This document shows, one piece after another, positions 18,319 to 24,742 of a stretch of 31,283 nucleotides of DNA (position 1 is its first letter; every line of letters begins with the position of its first letter). Source of the DNA: Bacteroidota bacterium (GTDB taxonomy: Bacteria > Bacteroidota > Bacteroidia > Flavobacteriales_D > Crocinitomicaceae); the NCBI GenBank assembly GCA_018825925.1, contig JAHKAT010000211.1, positions 1 to 31,283 of the forward strand. The letters are read 5' to 3'. Both the position numbers and the translations under genes were made by a program. The notes beneath the pieces were generated by a model. It was not told the DNA's origin. It made no database searches and was given only the letters and a program-made list of their open reading frames with translations.

Positions 18319-18519
18319 GAGTGTTGAATGATGTACCGTTTTTCTTTCTCTAAAATCCCTCTCAACACTATTCCTAAAACCAAAAAAACTAGCCATTTCC
18401 ATTCTACTTAAAAAAAATGAATACCCTCTCGTTTTAACCTACCTTACTCTCCAATAACCTCCTCATTTCGACCAATTCAAAATAGATCCATTTTTTTGAA
18501 AATTTAATAAAGGAGTTAT

Positions 18520-18639
18520 ATGTTAAAAAAATACTTACAATTTATTGAAGTAATTAGTGTTCGCTATTTTGATTTAAAATATTGGGTCTCGGGCTCAGCT
18601 CACGCTAATCCAAAGGTAAACTTAGGTCCAGCAATTTAA
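18520..18639 (+). CDS. Candidate 39-aa small ORF (MLKKYLQFIEVISVRYFDLKYWVSGSAHANPKVNLGPAI)
   Basis: Open frame preceded by AAAGGAG (18509-18515) with a short 4-nt spacer; no homolog recognised; no canonical plus-strand promoter found. Confidence 0.3.
   Translation: MLKKYLQFIEVISVRYFDLKYWVSGSAHANPKVNLGPAI
18525..18606 (-). ncRNA. Candidate ~80-nt small RNA
   Basis: Lies between a consensus promoter (18611-18643) and a weak AT-rich hairpin TACTTCAAT-AA-ATTG-T-AAGTA plus T7 (18552-18525); ends are inferred. Confidence 0.35.
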
Positions 18640-18643
18640 CAAA
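18611..18643 (-). promoter_or_regulatory. Orphan consensus sigma70 promoter
   Basis: TTTG (18643-18640), 21-nt spacer, TACCTTTG (18618-18611); no downstream minus-strand ORF of 60 aa or more. Confidence 0.6.
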
Positions 18644-18684
18644 GCAGTATCAGAGTCAAAAAGATGAAGCTGAAGTGGCACTCT

Positions 18685-20613
18685 CTAGTCCAAAGCCAAC
18701 AAATCCTCTGTCGCTTGTTCCCAAATAGCCATTTGTTCATCAAGCATTGCTTTCTTGTCTGCGAAATTTTTAAGCACACCTTCTGCTTTCGCTTCATCGC
18801 TATAGTCAAGTCGCTCCACTTCTTGTTGCAAAAGATGATTTTCTTTTTCAAGATTCTCAATTAACTCCTCTGTCTTTTTTATCAAATTCGCTAATTGAGT
18901 TTTTTTCTTTTTTAATTCTTTTTGTTCTTCAAAATTCTTCTCCGGCTTCGGTTCTTCTATTTTCTTTTCTACTTTTTTTGCTTGGAGGGAATTATTTTCG
19001 TCGGACATCGACATTTTTCGTTCCAAGAATTCATGTACTCCGAAATGGTGAATTTTCAAGCCATAATCTTCAATATCCCAAATACGATTGGTCAATCCTT
19101 CTAAAAACTCTCTGTCGTGTGAAACAACGATGAACGTTCCTTCATAATTCTGCAGAGCCGTTTTTAAAACGTGTTTTGATTGTAAATCAAGATGATTGGT
19201 CGGCTCATCCAAAATCAAAACATTACTGGGGCTCAATAACAACTGACACAAAGCTAGTCGCATGCGCTCTCCACCGGATAAAACAGCCACTTTTTTATCT
19301 ACGTCTTCACCAGAAAACAAAAAAGCTCCAAGAATAGAGCGTAGGTCTTTTCGAATATCTCCAACTGCCGTTTCATCTACCGTTTCATAAATGGTTTTAG
19401 TGGTGTCCAATGCCTCTGCCTGCCCTTGGGCAAAATACGATACTTTCACGTTGTGCCCGTATTCAACAATACCTTCTCCTTCTAAAGAACCGATTATCCG
19501 CGCCAATAAGGTTGATTTCCCAACACCGTTTGCTCCAAGCAACGCTATTTTCTCCCCTTTACCAACCGTGATATTTATGTTTTTGAAAAGTAATTTGGGA
19601 CCATAGGTTTTCCCCATGTCCTTCATATCCAAAACCCATTTACCTGGCTGATTACTTAAAGGAAACGCAATACGCATTTTTGCAACGCTATCATTTTCAA
19701 CCTCAATTCGCTCCATTTTATCGAGTTTTTTAATCAAACTCTGAGCAAACGCAGCTTTATTTTTCTTTGCTCTAAACTTTGAAATTAATTCTTCCGCGTG
19801 CTTTATGTCTTTGTCTTGTTGTTTTTTAGCACTTCCCAAACGATCAATTTCTTCCGCTCTAGCAATTTTATATTTAGAATATGAAAATGGATAATCCACA
19901 ATTTTCCCCATCATAATTTCAAGGGTTCTTTTCGTTAAATTGTCCAAAAACAAACGGTCGTGAGAAATAACAATTACTGCACCTTCAAAGTTTTTTAAAT
20001 AGTTCTCCAACCATGCAATGGACAGGATATCCAAGTGGTTAGTAGGCTCATCAAGCAGTAAAATATCCGGCTGATTAACCAATATTCTGGCCAATTCCGC
20101 TCTCATTTTCCACCCTCCAGAAAAGGTATCCAACGGTCGGGGTAACTCATCATCTTGAAAACCCAAACCTTTCAGAATCGATACAATTTTTTCCTCCCAA
20201 CTATATCCGTCTTGTAATAAAAATTGGTGGTTCAAATCGCTCATTTCATCCAAAAGCGACAAATAGGATTCGCTTTCGTAATCACTTCGTTCAACTATTT
20301 CGTGATTAATAACATCCAAACGCGTTTTAATACGGGTCAAGGTTTCATTACTTTGATTCAAGAATTCAAAAACAGACAATGTTGTATCAATTCGATTGTC
20401 CTGAGTCAAATAACCAATAGTCGTATCTTTTGGCATGTGCACCTTTCCTTCAGACGGTTTGTCCTTTTTAGAAATCAAACGCAACAAAGTAGATTTACCT
20501 GCTCCATTTTTTCCAACCAAGCCGATTTTATCTCCGCGATTGATTTGTAGATTAATATTTTGAAATAAATATCCTTGTGGAAGGTAAACGCCTAAGTTGT
20601 CCAATTGAATCAT
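18685..20613 (-). CDS. ABC-F family ribosome-associated ATPase (YheS/Uup-like) with C-terminal coiled coil
   Basis: Two ABC cassettes (GKNGAGKST/FSGGW/LLDEPTNHLD; GANGVGKST/LSGGE/ILDEPTNHLD), helical linker, no TM segments. Confidence 0.92.
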   Translation of the reverse strand: MIQLDNLGVYLPQGYLFQNINLQINRGDKIGLVGKNGAGKSTLLRLISKKDKPSEGKVHMPKDTTIGYLTQDNRIDTTLSVFEFLNQSNETLTRIKTRLDVINHEIVERSDYESESYLSLLDEMSDLNHQFLLQDGYSWEEKIVSILKGLGFQDDELPRPLDTFSGGWKMRAELARILVNQPDILLLDEPTNHLDILSIAWLENYLKNFEGAVIVISHDRLFLDNLTKRTLEIMMGKIVDYPFSYSKYKIARAEEIDRLGSAKKQQDKDIKHAEELISKFRAKKNKAAFAQSLIKKLDKMERIEVENDSVAKMRIAFPLSNQPGKWVLDMKDMGKTYGPKLLFKNINITVGKGEKIALLGANGVGKSTLLARIIGSLEGEGIVEYGHNVKVSYFAQGQAEALDTTKTIYETVDETAVGDIRKDLRSILGAFLFSGEDVDKKVAVLSGGERMRLALCQLLLSPSNVLILDEPTNHLDLQSKHVLKTALQNYEGTFIVVSHDREFLEGLTNRIWDIEDYGLKIHHFGVHEFLERKMSMSDENNSLQAKKVEKKIEEPKPEKNFEEQKELKKKKTQLANLIKKTEELIENLEKENHLLQQEVERLDYSDEAKAEGVLKNFADKKAMLDEQMAIWEQATEDLLALD

Positions 20614-20617
20614 GCCG

Positions 20618-20625
20618 CAAAATTA
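20618..20625 (-). promoter_or_regulatory. -7 element (TAATTTTG) only 4 nt before the ABC-F ATG
   Basis: TAATTTTG-CGGC-ATG. Confidence 0.6.
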
Positions 20626-20747
20626 CGGTTTCAAAGTGGAAAGTCATGAGAGTTGTAGGTATTCTCTACTCTAAAACATAAAACAATTCCATATCCGCAA
20701 CTTTACCAGTGCGTTTTTTTTTATTTCGGAACCACGAATCTATCGAA

Positions 20748-22487
20748 TTATTTGATGAAACTAGATTTAACCACTACTATTTCACGGGCCACATTCAAAA
20801 CCTTTGCGCGTATTTCGACTATTTTACCGGCTGGAAGTTGCCTAAATAAACTTAAAGCTGCTGGAGATAATTCATCCCCAGTTCCTTTGATTGGCAAAAC
20901 CCCCGTATTGACAAACTCAACCGACCATTCCAAAATTTCAAAGGGTGCGTCGAGCGGCACTTCTATCGGAAATTTGACAATAATCTTTTTCGTTGATGGA
21001 GGTAATTTGTCGCCATCCTTTGATCCGCCTAATTGTAAGTCAGGTTTAGGCAATCGACTTACCCTATATTTTACAGATCCTAAATTAACTGTTCGGTTGG
21101 TCAATGATGACTTTCCATAGATTGAAATACTACAATCACGACTGGCACTCATTGGTTTAGCAATCCATGAGTTTCCATTCTGAGTGATTACTACATTCTC
21201 GCCTCTTAATTCCGATTGATCGTATCCCGAAACAGACGCTTGTAAAACATTATTATATCCTTTGTATAAAATATTGTAGGCAGGAATGGAAATAGTGCCC
21301 ATTGGCTGAATAACCTTGACATTTTTACTCCACGGCAATAATTTTTTCACCCCATGTTTATTGGTTATCGAGATCGTTCCATTCAAATTTAAATCACCAC
21401 CTCTCGATGCAGGAATACTAATTTTTCCTTTACCAAAAGCAACATCAGGCACAGTGGCTCCATTCATCGTTACTGACGGCTGTATATCTGTATCATAAGC
21501 CGCCATAAGTACTTCAACGTTAATTGTTTCCCCTTTGGCAACCAATTCCGGTCCGTAAGCCAATGCTATAATTTTATTGAAGGAATATTCACCTCCACCC
21601 ACTCTTTCGAACAAATGTGATACAGCATCCGCTCGAGCTGCTAAAATTTCCTTTTGCAAGGACGACAGAGAAGCAATTGAAGCCACTACGGGCGAATGAT
21701 CGAACGTTTTTCCCAACCAATGAACTCCAGTGACATCATTAACCGTATATCTCTCATTTTTGGACATAGAGCTATATATTTTAAAAAGCACTTCACGATC
21801 CGATGGATTCACATTCCCTTTCAAAACTTCACTTTGAAATTTAGCATTCAACCCTTTTTGATCTTTAAATTCACGAATATCGGGTGTTTTAAAATGGTAT
21901 GAATTGTCTCCGTCTATAGACTCATAATTCGCTACCTTGTTGCATAAAAACGTTTTAAATTGATGATAGTTTTCCCACATCACTAAACCCTTTCCTTGTG
22001 GAGTTTTGATATTATCACCAAACATAATCCGCATGCTCTCGTCGTATTTATCTTGGCCATTTACCTTATTCAAATTCATTTTCCAAGGAATTAATGGAGT
22101 TCGAGGGTTCTTTTTTTCTAAAAGAATTTGATCAGAACCAATTTTTGTTATTTCCTCTCCACTTGCCTTTAAAATTTCCAATTTCAAAGCATCAATTTCA
22201 TTTATTCTTAAGGCTGCCGCACTATCAATTTGATCTATCATCATTAACATGTTTTTAGCACGTACAGCTTTTTCAGCATTTTCTCCACTAGAAGCCACAC
22301 CTTGTAGTTCCATTCTTTTTGCATCTCCTCGGAAATATTCAGATTCATTAGATCGCTGAATATTTTCTTCTATTGAGATAAACGCATCTAATATTGCTTT
22401 TGACACATTTAAAGCTAACAATGCTGTAAGCACCAAATACATCATACCTACCATTTTTTGTCTTGGAGTTTCTTTTCCGCCAGCCAT
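20748..22487 (-). CDS. gldM: Second, stand-alone GldM/PorM paralog (T9SS motor subunit)
   Basis: First 30 aa identical to the operonic GldM (incl. R9, Y17); TFDHSPVVA, YSFNKI.ALAYGP, MAAYD and LPKP motifs; intact 579-aa frame. Confidence 0.88.
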   Translation of the reverse strand: MAGGKETPRQKMVGMMYLVLTALLALNVSKAILDAFISIEENIQRSNESEYFRGDAKRMELQGVASSGENAEKAVRAKNMLMMIDQIDSAAALRINEIDALKLEILKASGEEITKIGSDQILLEKKNPRTPLIPWKMNLNKVNGQDKYDESMRIMFGDNIKTPQGKGLVMWENYHQFKTFLCNKVANYESIDGDNSYHFKTPDIREFKDQKGLNAKFQSEVLKGNVNPSDREVLFKIYSSMSKNERYTVNDVTGVHWLGKTFDHSPVVASIASLSSLQKEILAARADAVSHLFERVGGGEYSFNKIIALAYGPELVAKGETINVEVLMAAYDTDIQPSVTMNGATVPDVAFGKGKISIPASRGGDLNLNGTISITNKHGVKKLLPWSKNVKVIQPMGTISIPAYNILYKGYNNVLQASVSGYDQSELRGENVVITQNGNSWIAKPMSASRDCSISIYGKSSLTNRTVNLGSVKYRVSRLPKPDLQLGGSKDGDKLPPSTKKIIVKFPIEVPLDAPFEILEWSVEFVNTGVLPIKGTGDELSPAALSLFRQLPAGKIVEIRAKVLNVAREIVVVKSSFIK

Positions 22488-22589
22488 CTTCTTCGTTTTA
22501 AGGGTTTAAGAAATAACCTCTAGTTTTAGAAAATGTTACAACTATATTTTTTTAACATAAAAGTTAATCTTTGTTAGCTTAAAACTTAT

Positions 22590-22597
22590 TATATTCG
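22590..22597 (+). promoter_or_regulatory. Probable -7 element (TATATTCG) of phhAB leader
   Basis: One mismatch to TAnnTTTG, 5 nt before leader ATG; a TTTG at 22570-22573 has a shorter than canonical spacer. Confidence 0.45.
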
Positions 22598-22602
22598 TCG
22601 AA

Positions 22603-22659
22603 ATGAAAATGCAAAACACATATTATTATCGAATCCAAAACATGGAATCGATCATATAG
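22603..22659 (+). CDS. Attenuator leader peptide MKMQNTYYYRIQNMESII (Tyr x3)
   Basis: ATG...TAT TAT TAT...TAG; alternative start at ATG 22609; overlaps RNA segments 1 and 2 of the attenuator. Confidence 0.7.
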   Translation: MKMQNTYYYRIQNMESII

Positions 22660-22718
22660 TGTCTTAAAATAAAGATTTACTAACGCAGCCCGATTCTACA
22701 TAGAATCGGGCTTTTTTT
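22628..22718 (+). promoter_or_regulatory. Transcription attenuator (1:2 / 2:3 antiterminator / 3:4 terminator) upstream of phhA
   Basis: 1:2 ATCGAATCC/GGAATCGAT; 2:3 TGGAATCG/CGATTCTA; 3:4 AGCCCGATTCT/AGAATCGGGCT plus T7 ending 8 nt before phhA ATG. Confidence 0.75.
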
Positions 22719-22726
22719 ATTCCCCT

Positions 22727-23455
22727 ATGAAACAACAATTTGAAAAGTACACAGATGAAGATTTACTAGTTTGGCGAACCTTATTTGATCGACAAATACA
22801 TAATCTACAAGACAAATCATGTAAAGAATACCTCATTGCCATTCAGCAAATGGAAGAAATTCTGAACCCTAATAACTTGCCCAATTTTGTGAAAATCAAT
22901 AATTGGTTTGAAACAACTACTAAGTGGGAAATTAAATGTGTACCAGGTTTGATACCCGTTGATGAGTTTTTCTCCTTACTTTCTAAAAAGAAGTTCTGTT
23001 CATCCACTTGGTTGCGTTCTCTGAAACAACTGGATTATTTGGAAGAGCCTGACATGTTTCACGACATATTTGGCCATATTCCACTTCTAAGCCAACCCAT
23101 ATTCTCTGATTTCATGCATGAGTTTGGTAAACTGGGAGCTATATACTCGAGCAATGAACAATTACTCATTCAACTTCAGCGTCTGTACTGGTTTACCATT
23201 GAGTTTGGCTTAATTCAGCAAAATGGTTTAAAAATTTATGGCGCAGGTATAGCCTCTTCTTTTGGCGAATCGAACAGTAGTTTAAGTGTTGGACCGCAAC
23301 GAATCAACTTCGATCTTGAGCAAATACTGAATACCCCTTTCAAAAATGATGAAGTTCAAAATGCTTATTTTGTAATTGAATCATTTGAAGAATTATTTGA
23401 TTCTATTGTTCTTCTCACTAAAAAATGGAAAAACCATGAACTGGCAATTAATTAA
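22727..23455 (+). CDS. phhA: Phenylalanine 4-hydroxylase
   Basis: YLEEPDMFHDIFGHIPLL (His-x4-His) and LYWFTIEFGL (Glu) iron ligands, YGAGIASSFGE. Confidence 0.92.
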   Translation: MKQQFEKYTDEDLLVWRTLFDRQIHNLQDKSCKEYLIAIQQMEEILNPNNLPNFVKINNWFETTTKWEIKCVPGLIPVDEFFSLLSKKKFCSSTWLRSLKQLDYLEEPDMFHDIFGHIPLLSQPIFSDFMHEFGKLGAIYSSNEQLLIQLQRLYWFTIEFGLIQQNGLKIYGAGIASSFGESNSSLSVGPQRINFDLEQILNTPFKNDEVQNAYFVIESFEELFDSIVLLTKKWKNHELAIN

Positions 23456-23666
23456 TGATCATTACATCTATGAAAGAAAGTTCAAGTCACAGACAGAACT
23501 TGCAGAATTTCTAATGAAAATCGCGGTGATTTCAGATCAATTAAATCATCATGCCGATTGGACAATTACCAAGGCTTATCATCTACGAATGCAGGTTTAT
23601 ACCCACGATACTGGTACATTGACAAGCCTCGACCATGAATTGGTCAAACAATTAGAAAAAGTCTAG
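23436..23666 (+). CDS. phhB: Pterin-4-alpha-carbinolamine dehydratase
   Basis: ERKF, LNHHADW, YTHD..TLT.LD motifs; ATG 23436 overlaps the end of phhA. Confidence 0.85.
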   Translation: MNWQLINDHYIYERKFKSQTELAEFLMKIAVISDQLNHHADWTITKAYHLRMQVYTHDTGTLTSLDHELVKQLEKV

Positions 23667-23671
23667 ACATA

Positions 23672-23699
23672 AAAAAGGGAAGCTTTCACTTCCCTTTTT
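23672..23699. terminator. Bidirectional terminator between phhB and gldN
   Basis: AAAAAGGGAAG-CTTTCA-CTTCCCTTTTT. Confidence 0.85.
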
Positions 23700-23716
23700 A
23701 TTGTAAAATCTACACG

Positions 23717-24730
23717 TTAGAACTGCCAAACATCATGTTCTATCGTTCTTATTTCTTCTTTTATTTTTTGACTTTCCATCAAAGCATCTACTCCAGTTCG
23801 GTAGGATTCAATCTTACGATCAAAAACACTACTTTCCTTATAGATAATTGCATTGAAGCGACGTTTCCAAAACAAGTCATCAAAACTCATCCATTGAGCA
23901 TCATTTTGCTCATTGTAAACCAAATAGTTGTTAAAGTAAAAACGACAATGTGGGAAATACAACCAGAATAATTCTTTCAAACCAGTTATTTTTTCAACTC
24001 CACCTTCATCTACTTTATCATAAACTACTGGTGCAATGGCAATAATACGAACATCTAATTGAGAGCGTTCTTTGTCAAAGAACCAATCTTCTTTAATTCG
24101 ATATTGAACAATATCCCCAGATGTATAATAAGTTGTATCACGAGGAGGATAGACGAATTCTTCAACTCCATCAGAGTTAATAAATGTTTTTGGATCACCA
24201 AATTCATCTGTTAAAGCTATATCACTTTGCGCCCCTAATCGACCGAAGTAATACAAAACTGCATCTCTGAAGATTGAATCAGTATAATAATTCTGTCCTG
24301 GAAGTGGATCAATAGGGTATTTTAACTGGTCACCATCTTTTTCACCAAAAACATTGTTTGGGTTATAAGGAGAGAACAATCTCAAGTCACCAAGTAAAAC
24401 GTGATTTCTTATCACTGTCCACAAAGACCATCGATCTGTGTTACGAATCCATTCTCCAGTTGTTGAAATTTCATCCAAAGGAAAATACAATGAGTGATTA
24501 ATTTTTTCACGCAAGTCTATATATTCCCATGCACGTTTTCCCCAGATATAATCTGCCTCACGTACATATTCATATGGTACTAAACGTTTGGTTGGAATAT
24601 GTTCACGAATGTAAACTCCATCAACAATACCATCAGATGGTACATTAACCGGTCCACCGTTTAGTTCAGGTTGCGCATACGCTACCCCAACTAATCCAAT
24701 CGCAATGATGTTAATAAATAGACTTTTCAT
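23717..24730 (-). CDS. gldN: Gliding motility/T9SS protein GldN (PorN)
   Basis: READ..WGKR.WEYIDLREKINH, YRIKEDWFFDKERS, LFWLYFP, SFDDLFWKRRF; last gene of gldKLMN. Confidence 0.92.
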   Translation of the reverse strand: MKSLFINIIAIGLVGVAYAQPELNGGPVNVPSDGIVDGVYIREHIPTKRLVPYEYVREADYIWGKRAWEYIDLREKINHSLYFPLDEISTTGEWIRNTDRWSLWTVIRNHVLLGDLRLFSPYNPNNVFGEKDGDQLKYPIDPLPGQNYYTDSIFRDAVLYYFGRLGAQSDIALTDEFGDPKTFINSDGVEEFVYPPRDTTYYTSGDIVQYRIKEDWFFDKERSQLDVRIIAIAPVVYDKVDEGGVEKITGLKELFWLYFPHCRFYFNNYLVYNEQNDAQWMSFDDLFWKRRFNAIIYKESSVFDRKIESYRTGVDALMESQKIKEEIRTIEHDVWQF

Positions 24731-24742
24731 ACTCTTTTCAAT

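Noticed and set aside
18309-18401. Minus-strand hydrophobic frame WKWLVFLVLGIVLRGILEKEKR resembling a type I toxin helix
   Set aside because: An in-frame TAA lies just upstream with no start codon; hydrophobicity is explained by G/T-rich composition. It would need a frameshift in the T8 run.
18580-18602. CTGAG...ACCC on the minus strand resembling a TPP riboswitch
   Set aside because: Lacks the ACCTGAT, TAAT and GCGTAGG conserved blocks; no thiamine gene downstream.
18589-18631. Resemblance to tRNA-fMet anticodon/T arm (TCGGGCTCA...TAATCCAAAGGT...AGGTCCA)
   Set aside because: Requires an 8-nt insertion in the anticodon loop; no acceptor stem, D-arm or TTC loop, so no cloverleaf. At most a remnant or chance match.
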